Below, one piece after another: positions 48,998-58,029 of a stretch of DNA of 64,000 nucleotides (the first letter of the stretch is position 1; the number at the start of each line of letters is the position of its first letter). Origin of the DNA: an uncultured virus (IMG/VR IMGVR_UViG_3300037466_002257). Its lineage: Duplodnaviria > Heunggongvirae > Uroviricota > Caudoviricetes. A program made the position numbers and the translations under genes. The stretch is from the IMG/VR virus record IMGVR_UViG_3300037466_002257. One strand, written 5' to 3'. The notes under the pieces were generated by a model that did not search any database, was not told the origin of the DNA, and saw nothing but the letters and a program-made list of their open reading frames with translations.

Positions 48998-50437
48998 CTA
49001 CGTTGTTGCCGAGCTATAGACGAGCGCCCGCAGGTCGAAAGCATTACCCTGCACCTGCTGCACCATACCATCGTTTCTCAGCAGGTCTCGGTACATTTGC
49101 CCTTGCACAGTCCCTGCGGCTGTGGCAATGCGGATGTTCGGCCGGAAGCGCTGGCCCTCGCGGTCGATGCGCCCGGCCGACTGGCGAAACGGGATCGAGC
49201 GGGTGGGCACCTCGGCGAAGACGCACTCCCAGCAGATGTGCTGGGGGTTCAGCCCCGCCCCGGCGCTGCCTGGCTGCGCCACCAGCGCGCGAATCTCCGG
49301 GTTGTCCATGAACAGGTCCACGCTCTTGCGGCTGTTCGCCTCGCTGTACGCGGCCACCGCAGGCACGCCGATCTCGTTCAGGTAGTCGGTGATGTAGCGC
49401 GTCGTGTTCTTGAACCACGTCCACACGATCAGCTTGCTGGAGGTGACCTGCTGCACGTCGATCTCGTCCATCACCGTGTCCAGCAGGTCGAGGAACGAAG
49501 GGCGCAGCGTCGGGTTCTCGGCGAACAGCGGCCAGTTGATGACGAGCTGCTGCAGCGCGTTGCGCAACTTGCCCGGCGTCGTGCCGTCGATCTTGCCGCC
49601 CGCTTCCGTTTCCAGGATGAGCTGTTCGGCAAGCTCGTCGTACATCCGTTTATGCGCCGGGTCGAGGTCGTACTCGATGATCTGGTAGTTCGGCTGCGGC
49701 AGGTGCTTGTGCACCTCCTCCTTCGTGCGCTGCACCGAGGACAGGTACAGGTTGCGATTGAGCACGTCCAGACCCATCCAGCGCACCGGCTTGTCGAAGA
49801 AGTCGCGCTCCTCGACGTGCATGTTGTCGAAGTGCGCCCGGCTGCGATAGATCGACGGCGTCTTGAGCCGGATGTAAGCGTAGGCGTCGCCGGGGTTGTT
49901 CAACTCCGTGCCGGTGAGCAGCGCAAGGTGGCGCCCCGCCGAGAACATCTCGACGTTCTTGAACAGCTTGCTCGACGTGTTCTTCAGCCCTTGCGCCTCG
50001 TCCACGAGCGTCGTGTACGTGCGGCCCTTGAGCATCGACAGCAGGTACTGCAGGTCGTTCTTGAAGATGCCATACGACATGATCCACCACGAGTACGCAT
50101 GCAGGTCCACGTCGCGACGCTGCGCGGGCGACTGGGGACGCGCCACGCCGTCCTTGCCGGTGCGCACGCCGTAGCCGACGGCGCCGCCCGAGTTGGGGAT
50201 CGAGTTGATCCACTTCACCCACTGCTTCACGAGAATGGGCGGCACGCACACGATGCGGTGCTGGTCGCCCCACGCAAGGGCGACCATCGTGGAGATCACG
50301 GTCTTGCCGTAGCCCACCGGCAGGAACATGCCCACGCGGTCCAGCCCGATGCAGGTGATGATGTCCTCGACCTGGATGTCGTGCAGCGTGAAGGGCAGCG
50401 GATGTTTAGCGAGCAGCTCGTCGAAGTTGAAGTTCAT
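48998..50437 (-). CDS. SNF2-like SF2 helicase
   Basis: GYGKT, DEAQ, LTGT, GAGLN, QSAGRIDREGQ. Confidence 0.9.
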   Translation of the reverse strand: MNFNFDELLAKHPLPFTLHDIQVEDIITCIGLDRVGMFLPVGYGKTVISTMVALAWGDQHRIVCVPPILVKQWVKWINSIPNSGGAVGYGVRTGKDGVARPQSPAQRRDVDLHAYSWWIMSYGIFKNDLQYLLSMLKGRTYTTLVDEAQGLKNTSSKLFKNVEMFSAGRHLALLTGTELNNPGDAYAYIRLKTPSIYRSRAHFDNMHVEERDFFDKPVRWMGLDVLNRNLYLSSVQRTKEEVHKHLPQPNYQIIEYDLDPAHKRMYDELAEQLILETEAGGKIDGTTPGKLRNALQQLVINWPLFAENPTLRPSFLDLLDTVMDEIDVQQVTSSKLIVWTWFKNTTRYITDYLNEIGVPAVAAYSEANSRKSVDLFMDNPEIRALVAQPGSAGAGLNPQHICWECVFAEVPTRSIPFRQSAGRIDREGQRFRPNIRIATAAGTVQGQMYRDLLRNDGMVQQVQGNAFDLRALVYSSATT

Positions 50438-50807
50438 GGGCGATTCGTTTGAGTCCTGATGCGTGGAGGGTGAGAAGCAGCGGGCTGCTGCGCATCATCA
50501 TCTCGGGTGAGCGCGCCAGCACGCGGCAGAAGTCCGGCAGTGTGAGGATCGAGGCGAGGTGCTCAATCGTGCGGCTGCCGATGTAGTAGTGCTGCGCCGA
50601 GGTCAACATGTACGCGATGTTCGCCTCGCGGTACACGCGCGGCTCGGGCGGCGTGTCGCAGTTGAGCGTGAGGAAGGCGACGTTGAACGCACCCGCACGG
50701 CACTCCTTGGCGAAGAACGCGATGCCTGCGCCCTCGCTCTGCCAGGCCATCGGATCGCGCACCCAGTACGGATGCTCGATGGCCCGCTTGAATTGTTCCC
50801 AGTTCAA
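50406..50807 (-). CDS. Hypothetical protein
   Basis: 133 aa, SD GAAAGGAG, TTG start. Confidence 0.55.
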   Translation of the reverse strand: MNWEQFKRAIEHPYWVRDPMAWQSEGAGIAFFAKECRAGAFNVAFLTLNCDTPPEPRVYREANIAYMLTSAQHYYIGSRTIEHLASILTLPDFCRVLARSPEMMMRSSPLLLTLHASGLKRIAHELQLRRAAR

Positions 50808-51025
50808 TCGCTGCTCCTTTCTGTCCTGACAGGACGTGGCAAATTCTCGTATTCGCGCTCCATCAGCGCGATGGCTGTCTTCAAGGCTCGGAACTCCGCG
50901 AGGTCCCAGTCCGTCTTGTACTGCGCAAGGCGCTGCCCGAGGAAGTCGCGGCGGCGCGTGAGCGCCTTGATCTCGCGCTTGAGCACCTTCGCAGGGCTGT
51001 ATGCCTTGTCTGCACTGTGCGGCAT
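50804..51025 (-). CDS. Hypothetical protein
   Basis: 73 aa, SD inside AAAG-N3-CTTT. Confidence 0.55.
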   Translation of the reverse strand: MPHSADKAYSPAKVLKREIKALTRRRDFLGQRLAQYKTDWDLAEFRALKTAIALMEREYENLPRPVRTERSSD

Positions 51026-51039
51026 GAAAAGTCCCTTTC

Positions 51040-51453
51040 TTACTTCACCTGTTCGACCCGGTGCCAGGCGTTGTTGAGCGCTACGGCGCTGATCTTCGGC
51101 ACGAGCAGCAGCGCCGCCTCGATGCCGTCGCTCACGTCCTGTGCCTTGCTGTAGTCCCATGCGAAACCGTTCTTCGACATGTCGGCGATGTGGCAAAGCG
51201 CCTTGTAGATCACGTCCATCAACTCGCGGAAGTTGAAGTCGTCGCGCTTTTGCAGGCCGTCCGCTTCGGCCGCGACATCCACCGCCGTGAAGAACCGCGC
51301 CACGGTGGTGAGGAAGTCCTCCGCCTGATCGCCGTCGTGCATCGAGAACACACGGGTGCGGGCGTTCACCATCTCCTTGCGCAAGGTGTTGATCGCCATC
51401 GCCCGTGCGACCGGGTTCAGGGCAACAACCTTGCGCACCTTCTTCGGCTTCAC
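51040..51453 (-). CDS. Hypothetical protein
   Basis: 137 aa, good codon usage. Confidence 0.65.
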   Translation of the reverse strand: MKPKKVRKVVALNPVARAMAINTLRKEMVNARTRVFSMHDGDQAEDFLTTVARFFTAVDVAAEADGLQKRDDFNFRELMDVIYKALCHIADMSKNGFAWDYSKAQDVSDGIEAALLLVPKISAVALNNAWHRVEQVK

Positions 51454-51456
51454 CGC

Positions 51457-51726
51457 TCAGCTCTCCCCTTCGTCGAAGAAGTGCCACACGAAGGAGCCAC
51501 CGTTCATCTGCACGCTGGCGATGTACTCGCCCTGGCTCACGCCGTTGCCGGTGCCGTGGCAGACGATGCAGCGGCTGACCATCCGAGCGCCGGGGTTCAC
51601 CCGCGCCCACAGCACGAGCCCTTGGTTGCCCTGGAATTGGAGGTCCAGCAGGTCGGCGCCAGCAGGCATCAGGATCGCCTGCTGGGGCGCCAGCCGCACC
51701 GGAAACTTCCAGATGGTGCGGTACAC
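51457..51726 (-). CDS. Conserved phage-type hypothetical protein
   Basis: IWKFP...MPAGA...LWARV...GTG...YIASVQ...FVWHFF. Confidence 0.7.
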   Translation of the reverse strand: MYRTIWKFPVRLAPQQAILMPAGADLLDLQFQGNQGLVLWARVNPGARMVSRCIVCHGTGNGVSQGEYIASVQMNGGSFVWHFFDEGES

Positions 51727-51730
51727 CGCA

Positions 51731-52660
51731 TCACTCCTCGACGACGCCGCAGGTGATGAACAGCGGTTCCACCTCGCGGTGGAAGCTCTCGGCGATCACC
51801 TTGCCGTGCTTCTTGAAGATGCGCTGCAGCAGGTCGAACGCCTCGGGGCCGTGCTTCTTCTGCTGCTTCAGGGCCTTCTCCGCAAGCTCAGCCTTCGTGG
51901 GCTTCTTGCGCTTGGCCGCCGCCGCCTTGACGGTCTTGCCCGTCACGCGCTTGCCCGTCTTCTTGGCTTCCTCGCGGGCTTCCTTGAAGACTTCCTCGGC
52001 CGCGTCCTTGTGCTCCTGCACCGTCTCGATGGCGAGCGTGGCGCTGATCTCGCCCGCCTTCACCGCCTCGCGGATCGTGGCGGGCGCCGACATCAGCGTC
52101 TGCAAGTGGCGCACGTAGGTCGTGGTCATGCTCAGCTTGGCGGCGATCTCGCCTTCGTTCAGGCCGAACTTCTCCATGCGCTGCACGATGATGCCCAGCT
52201 CCAGCGGCGTGAACTTCTCGCCGTCGTTGTTGCTGTGGACCATGTGCACGAGGCGCTCGACTTCGCTCGTCGAGCGCGGCATGACGACCACGGGCACCGT
52301 CTCGATGGGAGCACCCTTCTCGACAGCGATCAGCGCGGCGGCGCGGCGGCGGTGGCCGTCTTCCACGTACAGCACGTTCTTGCCGTTCTCGCTGGCGACG
52401 CTGACGGCGATGGGTTTGCTGTCGTAGAAGCCGTTCTCGATCATCGAAGCGGCCAGCGCGGTGAGGCCCTCGCGGTAGCCGTCGGTCTCCAGGCGCGGGT
52501 TGTAGCCTTCGCGCACCTTGATCTCGGACAGCGGCACGCGCCACAGGTCGCTGGACTTCGCGTTGCTGTCCTTCATGGCGACCTTGACGGCACCGGGGAC
52601 CAGCTTGTCCTCGAACGCGGCGAGGTGCTTGACTTGCTTTTCGATTTCTTGGGTGTTCAT
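51731..52660 (-). CDS. ParB/Srx-like domain protein with HTH
   Basis: YNPR, DGHRRRAA, HTH-like EGEIAAKLSMTTTYV, GEISAT. Confidence 0.85.
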   Translation of the reverse strand: MNTQEIEKQVKHLAAFEDKLVPGAVKVAMKDSNAKSSDLWRVPLSEIKVREGYNPRLETDGYREGLTALAASMIENGFYDSKPIAVSVASENGKNVLYVEDGHRRRAAALIAVEKGAPIETVPVVVMPRSTSEVERLVHMVHSNNDGEKFTPLELGIIVQRMEKFGLNEGEIAAKLSMTTTYVRHLQTLMSAPATIREAVKAGEISATLAIETVQEHKDAAEEVFKEAREEAKKTGKRVTGKTVKAAAAKRKKPTKAELAEKALKQQKKHGPEAFDLLQRIFKKHGKVIAESFHREVEPLFITCGVVEE

Positions 52661-52691
52661 GTTGAAAGTTCCTTTCGTTGGTTGCTGTGAG

Positions 52692-52919
52692 TCAGGAGAG
52701 AGGGTTGGGGTCGTCTTCTTCGTTCAGCCGCCAGAACGGGGTCGTCCTGACTTCCTCCAGTCGCCGGTCGCAGGCTCGCTGCTGCGAGACGGACATCGGC
52801 ACGGCGGCCGGGCGCTCGGCGGTGAAGATGTGGCCCTCGCCCTTGCACCCGGGGCAAGGCTCAGTGGCTCCGACCCTGCGGCTTGCGCCGCCGCAGTCGG
52901 GGCAGACACGTCTGAACAT
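52692..52919 (-). CDS. Small zinc-finger protein
   Basis: CPDCGG...CPGCKGEG. Confidence 0.55.
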   Translation of the reverse strand: MFRRVCPDCGGASRRVGATEPCPGCKGEGHIFTAERPAAVPMSVSQQRACDRRLEEVRTTPFWRLNEEDDPNPLS

Positions 52920-52957
52920 GGTGGAAAGCTCCTTTCTGGCCGTGTGGCCGTAGCTCG

Positions 52958-52987
52958 ACTATACGTGGACTTCGGAAAATCTGTCAA
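52958..52987 (-). promoter_or_regulatory. Sigma70-type promoter for parB-like unit
   Basis: TTGACA-18-TATAGT; -35 contains upstream stop codon. Confidence 0.7.
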
Positions 52988-53226
52988 CCGGGCGGTAACT
53001 TGTAGTTGCCGTCGTACCGTGGCCGCAGCGCGATCAGCTTCTCGGCCCGCTCGATCAAGCCCTTGTACTGAGGGTAGTGACGCAGCATGTGCGTCGTCAC
53101 GATCAGGCAGTCGGACAGGCGCACGCCGTACAGCATCGCAAGGTGGTCGTGCGAGACGAAGTGCCTTTGCCCGTCGTTCTGGCTGACGACGTAGCCGGGG
53201 TACAAAGCGTACTTCGGCTCGCTCAT
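52984..53226 (-). CDS. Hypothetical protein
   Basis: 80 aa PGYVVSQNDGQRHF...LRPRYDGNY. Confidence 0.65.
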   Translation of the reverse strand: MSEPKYALYPGYVVSQNDGQRHFVSHDHLAMLYGVRLSDCLIVTTHMLRHYPQYKGLIERAEKLIALRPRYDGNYKLPPG

Positions 53227-53576
53227 GCTGACACCGCGATGACGTAGATGTGAGCATGATCGCCGTTCGGCTCGAAGATCGAGCACACGTAGTTCGCCGC
53301 CTCGGGGATCGGCGAGCCGTCGCGGAAGCCCGCCACCTTGATCTTCATCGGCGGCGCGGGCTCCATCGGCTCCTCGACGTACAGCAGCACGCGCGAGGAG
53401 CCTCTGAAGCGCGGCCCGTACTCGGGCTGGCCGGTGAGCACGCGCCCTCGCGGGTGCACTTCGAGCACGACACCGCCGCCCATGACGGCGCTGATGTCGT
53501 GCGCGATCACGACCTTCTTGGGCACGTTGAAGCGGGCAGGCGTGCCGCCGCTGTCGAGGATGGTGATGTCGCTCAT
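53223..53576 (-). CDS. Hypothetical protein
   Basis: 117 aa, coupled overlaps. Confidence 0.6.
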   Translation of the reverse strand: MSDITILDSGGTPARFNVPKKVVIAHDISAVMGGGVVLEVHPRGRVLTGQPEYGPRFRGSSRVLLYVEEPMEPAPPMKIKVAGFRDGSPIPEAANYVCSIFEPNGDHAHIYVIAVSA

Positions 53577-53782
53577 GTCTGCTTCCTTTCATCTTCCTCG
53601 CCTCGCTCGGTCATGATCGTGTCGATCACCAGCTCGGCGTTCTTCAGTTGCGCAAGGGCGAGCGAGAGCTGCGGGTCGTTGCGCGCCGACTCGGGGTAGT
53701 AGTCTTCGAGCGCGGTCTTGATGCTGTACTTGTCGCGCCAGTAGCTCCACATGCGCGGCTCAACGTCGGTCGGTCGGCTCAT
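53573..53782 (-). CDS. Hypothetical protein
   Basis: 69 aa, coupled overlaps. Confidence 0.55.
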   Translation of the reverse strand: MSRPTDVEPRMWSYWRDKYSIKTALEDYYPESARNDPQLSLALAQLKNAELVIDTIMTERGEEDERKQT

Positions 53783-54059
53783 CCCGTGGCCCTCCTTCCT
53801 CGCACTTCTTCGATGGCGGCAAATTCCCGCAGCGTGCGGTTCAACAACTGCAGCTCGTGAACGAGCCGCTCGTGCTGCTCGTACTGGGCGATCCACAGTA
53901 CCTCTTCGGGTGTTGCCTGACGCGCCCAAAGGAACACGCCACGCCCGTCCTTGCGGTAGATGCGCACGCTACCGTCAGCGTATGCACCTTCGTGTGGTCG
54001 ATCCCAGCCGCAGGTCGCCGGATCGAAAGTCATATCGGTGTTGCTCATCCCGTGGCCCT
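53777..54059. repeat. 17-bp direct repeat GCTCATCCCGTGGCCCT flanking one gene
   Basis: Exact copies at 53777-53793 and 54043-54059. Confidence 0.9.
53779..54048 (-). CDS. Hypothetical protein
   Basis: 89 aa between the direct repeats. Confidence 0.6.
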   Translation of the reverse strand: MSNTDMTFDPATCGWDRPHEGAYADGSVRIYRKDGRGVFLWARQATPEEVLWIAQYEQHERLVHELQLLNRTLREFAAIEEVRGRRATG

Positions 54060-55445
54060 TCCCAGCGAGTACGCAACACGCGTCACATGGTCACGCTGCT
54101 CCCATGCCCGCAGGTTCTCGGCGATGCGCTTGAAGAGGGCTCGCACCGGCCGCGTGTCCACGCTTTGGCCGAGGAGCTGGTGCGCAGCGGTGGCCGACAG
54201 GTCGCCCAGGCACGCAGCCGGGAAGCCCTTGATGCGGGCATGCTCCTGCGGCGTGAGCAAGCGCAGCCACTCGGGCTGCGTCGGGTGCTGCACCTTCGGC
54301 TCGGTCGAGCGGTTCTTCATGTAGTCCTTGCCGATGGTGCCCACCTTGACGGTGTCCTCGTTCACGATCTGCATGCGAAAGCCCTTGCCCGCTTCCTTGT
54401 CGCGAATCTCCTTCGCCTTCAGACCTTCCATCTTGGACCACGTCAGCTTGCTCTGGTCGGTCTCCAGATAGTCGCCCAACTTCGGCCTGCGCTTGAGCTT
54501 GGGCTCGAGATTGGACAGGTCCATCGGGATGCCGTGCGTCGCGGCCACGAGGAACCAGCGCTTGCGCTCCTCCAGCGAGCCGAAGTCCCACGAGTTCAAA
54601 GTGACTTCGTGCACGTCGTAGCCCATGTCGCGGAACATCTGGCGCATGAGCAGCGCGCTCACCGTGTTCGAGTACGGCACGACGCACTCGACGACGGCCA
54701 CGGCCGGATTGAACTTGTTCACCAGCATCAGGTAGGGCACGACGAGGTGCCCGACCTCGGGGTGCTCCTCGGCGCAGTCGATGGCGTTCTTGGTGCGCCC
54801 GCTGATCGAGGCGCCGCTGCACGGGATGCCCGTGACGAACACGTCCACCTTCGGCAGCTCCTTCATGGCTTCCTCGTCCTGCACCAGCTCCTGCATGGGC
54901 GCGGCGATGAGCCGGGTGTTGCTGGTGACGACGGGGTTGAACTGCGCCGCGTGGTCCAGCAGGTCGCCGTCGATCTCGATGGCGGCCACCAGCTCGCTCT
55001 TGACGCCCGCATCGAGCATGCCCGCATGCGCCGCGTTGTCCATCACGCCGCCGCCGAAGCACAGCGCCGCCACCGCAAGGGCGGTGCACAGGCCCTTCGC
55101 CAGGCGGTTCTTGCGGGCGTGCTGCTTCTCGGCCGACGACAGGCGCTCGATGCGGATCGCACCCTCGATCATGCGCACCTTGACGGCCGGCTCGTTCGCC
55201 AGCTTGCCGAGGACGGCGTTGTCATTGATGTCGATGATGGGGATGGTCTTGTCGCCCTTCGTCTTGCCGGAGACGATGCGCTTGCCGTCTTCGGCCAGCG
55301 TGAGCAGCAACACGCCCTGCTTGTCGTCGTAGTTCGCGTCGTAGCGCTTGCCGCGCTCGAAGCCGTACTCGGCGAGCTGCATGCTCTCGAACCAGAGGCG
55401 GGCGTTGCCGCGATGCTGACCGATGTGCTTGACTTGGTAGTCCAT
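54045..55445 (-). CDS. DNA (cytosine-5)-methyltransferase with N-terminal extension
   Basis: LCFGGG (motif I variant), GIPC catalytic motif, VECV, ERKRW, LLTPQEHARIKGFP, GQSV. Confidence 0.85.
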   Translation of the reverse strand: MDYQVKHIGQHRGNARLWFESMQLAEYGFERGKRYDANYDDKQGVLLLTLAEDGKRIVSGKTKGDKTIPIIDINDNAVLGKLANEPAVKVRMIEGAIRIERLSSAEKQHARKNRLAKGLCTALAVAALCFGGGVMDNAAHAGMLDAGVKSELVAAIEIDGDLLDHAAQFNPVVTSNTRLIAAPMQELVQDEEAMKELPKVDVFVTGIPCSGASISGRTKNAIDCAEEHPEVGHLVVPYLMLVNKFNPAVAVVECVVPYSNTVSALLMRQMFRDMGYDVHEVTLNSWDFGSLEERKRWFLVAATHGIPMDLSNLEPKLKRRPKLGDYLETDQSKLTWSKMEGLKAKEIRDKEAGKGFRMQIVNEDTVKVGTIGKDYMKNRSTEPKVQHPTQPEWLRLLTPQEHARIKGFPAACLGDLSATAAHQLLGQSVDTRPVRALFKRIAENLRAWEQRDHVTRVAYSLGRATG

Positions 55446-55472
55446 GAAGTTCCTTTCTGGCCGTGAGGCCGT

Positions 55473-55727
55473 TCAGTTGGTGATGGTGGGTTGCGCGCTG
55501 AGCGTCAGCTCGACTTCCTTGTCTTCGTCCAGGTCGATGCCCGCCTTCACGGCGAGGTTAATCACCTCCTGCCAGTCGAGCGTGACGTGGCGGCCCGTCT
55601 GCTTGCTGCGCACCGCGCAGGCGCCGCCGACAGGGTGCAGGACCTCGTAGGCGTTGCCTGTTTCCGGGTCACGCGCACTGCCTCCGATGGAGGCGAGGAG
55701 GAAATACTTCTTGCTGGTGAGTTTCAT
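55473..55727 (-). CDS. Hypothetical protein
   Basis: 84 aa, SD AGAAAGGA. Confidence 0.65.
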   Translation of the reverse strand: MKLTSKKYFLLASIGGSARDPETGNAYEVLHPVGGACAVRSKQTGRHVTLDWQEVINLAVKAGIDLDEDKEVELTLSAQPTITN

Positions 55728-55754
55728 GGGTTCCTTTCTGCGCGTTTCAGCGCG

Positions 55755-56366
55755 TTAGTCGAGTGCGTACTTCACCGCGTTGTCGATGACCTTCTCGAAC
55801 GACGACGCGGTCCACGTCGTTCCAGAGCTGAGCCGCAGCGACCACTCACCCGGCTGGTGGTGCGTGATCGTGAGGGACGGTTGCTTGCTCGCCTCCTCCA
55901 GCATCCGGTACAGGCCCGCAAGGCGGGACGCATCCTTGCCGATGTCCTGATGCTCGGCGAGCGTCTGCTCGAACGCCTTGCGCATGAAGTCCACGCATTG
56001 CTGCTGGCTGAACTTGATGTGCAGCACGCACTTGTCGGCAGGCGCAAGCACCATCGGCACGACTTCGAGGTCGTCCTTCGTGCGGCCCACGTCGCGGGCC
56101 TTCACGTAGTCGTCGCCGCCGAGGTCTTCGAGCGTCGGGCCGGTGTAGCTGCGCTCGTGGATGCCGCGTGCCCACGCCACGCGGGCGTTGTCGGCGCCCT
56201 TGTACGTGGCGAAGAGGCGCACGGTGCCCGTCATCCCGCTGTCGTTGCCGGTGTTCTGCAGGTCTGCCGTCGGCGTCCAGTGGCTGTAGCCACGCCCGTT
56301 CTCGAACTCGGGCATGAGCTGGCCCGTCGCCTTGTGGCGCAGTGCGAAGTATGAAAATTCACTCAT
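55755..56366 (-). CDS. Hypothetical protein
   Basis: 203 aa from ATG 56366. Confidence 0.6.
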   Translation of the reverse strand: MSEFSYFALRHKATGQLMPEFENGRGYSHWTPTADLQNTGNDSGMTGTVRLFATYKGADNARVAWARGIHERSYTGPTLEDLGGDDYVKARDVGRTKDDLEVVPMVLAPADKCVLHIKFSQQQCVDFMRKAFEQTLAEHQDIGKDASRLAGLYRMLEEASKQPSLTITHHQPGEWSLRLSSGTTWTASSFEKVIDNAVKYALD

Positions 56367-56530
56367 ACCTTCTCCTCGACCTTGTGGATGACGATGCTCT
56401 CGTCCTTGTAGCCCTGCCTGCGCATCTCCTGCAGGCACAGGTTCTTCGCGTGGTCCTCGTTGTCGGCGACGCACTCGAATTGCTCGCTCATGGCGGGCCA
56501 ACGCATGAAGGTGACGATGTAGCGCTTCAT
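56363..56530 (-). CDS. Hypothetical protein (below ORF-track cutoff)
   Basis: 55 aa MKRYIVTFMRW...; ATGA overlaps at both ends fill the gap. Confidence 0.55.
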   Translation of the reverse strand: MKRYIVTFMRWPAMSEQFECVADNEDHAKNLCLQEMRRQGYKDESIVIHKVEEKV

Positions 56531-57078
56531 TGCTTCGGGTCCTCCACGTCGTCGAACGCCCTCGCAGGCGCCGTCGGGGCGGCCGGTGCCGCAAGTGCTT
56601 GGAAGTTCGCCTGCGGCAGGTTGCCGCCGAGCGCCTCGCGGAACTGCTCGACCATCGACTTGCGCTTGATCGCGCGCTCGGCTTCGAGGACCTTCTTTTC
56701 CAGCGCCTGCTCGTGAGCGAGGATTTGCTGGTGGCGGGCGGTCTCGACCTTGCCGACGTACCAGCGGTAGTCATAGTCGCTGTCGGGGTCGATCTGCGGC
56801 TCGTCGTGCACGGCCGCCACGACGGCCAGCGACAGGCCGTGCCGCGTGTCCACCACGACGATGTCGTCCGGCACGAGCTGCTTCGCGTCTTCCTTCAGCG
56901 CCTTGAAGGTGTAGGCGAGCGTGTTGCCCGGCCCCGGCTTGATGATCCTGTGGGGCGTGATGCGCGCCCGCACGCTGCCGCCGCCGTCGTCCTCGTCGAT
57001 CTCACGCCTGCGCAGGAAGTGCACGGCGATGGTGGTGATGTCGTCGCGCAGCAGCGCGGCAATCTGTTTCGTCTTCAT
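56527..57078 (-). CDS. Hypothetical protein
   Basis: 183 aa, YTFK...DDIVVV...YRWYVGKV; strong SD. Confidence 0.7.
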   Translation of the reverse strand: MKTKQIAALLRDDITTIAVHFLRRREIDEDDGGGSVRARITPHRIIKPGPGNTLAYTFKALKEDAKQLVPDDIVVVDTRHGLSLAVVAAVHDEPQIDPDSDYDYRWYVGKVETARHQQILAHEQALEKKVLEAERAIKRKSMVEQFREALGGNLPQANFQALAAPAAPTAPARAFDDVEDPKQ

Positions 57079-57108
57079 TGGAAGTTCCTTTCTTGGGTTG
57101 GTGGGTCT

Positions 57109-57354
57109 TCAGAACTGCCTGTCGTGGCAGTAAACGCATCGAGCCATCTCGGCCTCGGTGATCTGGAAAATGTGCTTGCCCTTGCGGACCAGCCTGCTCG
57201 CCGCGTGCAGCTTCACGCCGGTCCAGCGCCGAAAGGCGATGGCCGACTTGTCGCTGAGCGCGGGCCAGTCGGCGACCAGCTCCTTGTGGATCAGGTCGCC
57301 GTTCTTGCAGTCTTCGGGTTTGCGCTCAGGAGGTTGCACGGTCCTCCTCCGCAA
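57109..57354 (-). CDS. Hypothetical protein
   Basis: About 80 aa, start uncertain. Confidence 0.45.
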   Translation of the reverse strand: MRRRTVQPPERKPEDCKNGDLIHKELVADWPALSDKSAIAFRRWTGVKLHAASRLVRKGKHIFQITEAEMARCVYCHDRQF

Positions 57355-57601
57355 GCTGGTCGTTCAGTTGCCGCACGACCTGGACCAACACCCACGGGTC
57401 GGGGTCTACCCGGTGGTAGCCGGTGTATCCCATCTGCGTGAGGCAGCCCAGTATCTGCAGTTGGCTGATGATCGCGTTCGGCGTCCGGCCGTGCAGTCGG
57501 CACATCTCTTCGAGCTGCATGCCCTGCACAAACCGATCGTGCAGCAGCCGCTTCTCGTCGAGTGACCACGTCTTCCCTGCGTTGAAGAGGACGCGGCTCA
57601 C
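57326..57601 (-). CDS. Small HTH-like protein
   Basis: GKTWSLDE...GMQLEEMCRLHGRTPNAIISQL. Confidence 0.6.
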   Translation of the reverse strand: MSRVLFNAGKTWSLDEKRLLHDRFVQGMQLEEMCRLHGRTPNAIISQLQILGCLTQMGYTGYHRVDPDPWVLVQVVRQLNDQLAEEDRATS

Positions 57602-58029
57602 AGGTCGCGCTCCCGATCCACATCGGTCACGCTGTAGGTGCCGTGCAGCACCTCGCGCAGGTAGATCGTGCCCATGTGGTGCCCCTCGTGCGGCGGCAGC
57701 TCGCGATTGGCCTTCAGCCAGGCGAAGGCCGTGTCGAGGAACTGCTCGCCGTAGCCGTAGCTCCTGCCGCTCGTGTGCACCAGCTCGCCGTTCTCGAAGA
57801 TGCGCACGGTGTGGTACGTGTTGCCCGCGCTGCGCTGGAACCAGCGCCTGCCCTCGATGTGGTACTTCGGGATGCGGGCCACGGCCAGCAGCGGTTCGAG
57901 CTGCTCGGCAAGCGCCTTGCAGTTCTCGGCCGAGCCGTGCAGCCACTTCTCGCCAGCAAAGCGCAAGAGGCTCACGGCCTCTTGCAGCAGGTGTGAAGGC
58001 ACTTCCACCTTCGGTCTGAGTTGGGTCAT
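57598..58029 (-). CDS. Hypothetical protein
   Basis: 143 aa, RRWFQ...GNTYH...YGYGEQF. Confidence 0.65.
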   Translation of the reverse strand: MTQLRPKVEVPSHLLQEAVSLLRFAGEKWLHGSAENCKALAEQLEPLLAVARIPKYHIEGRRWFQRSAGNTYHTVRIFENGELVHTSGRSYGYGEQFLDTAFAWLKANRELPPHEGHHMGTIYLREVLHGTYSVTDVDRERDL

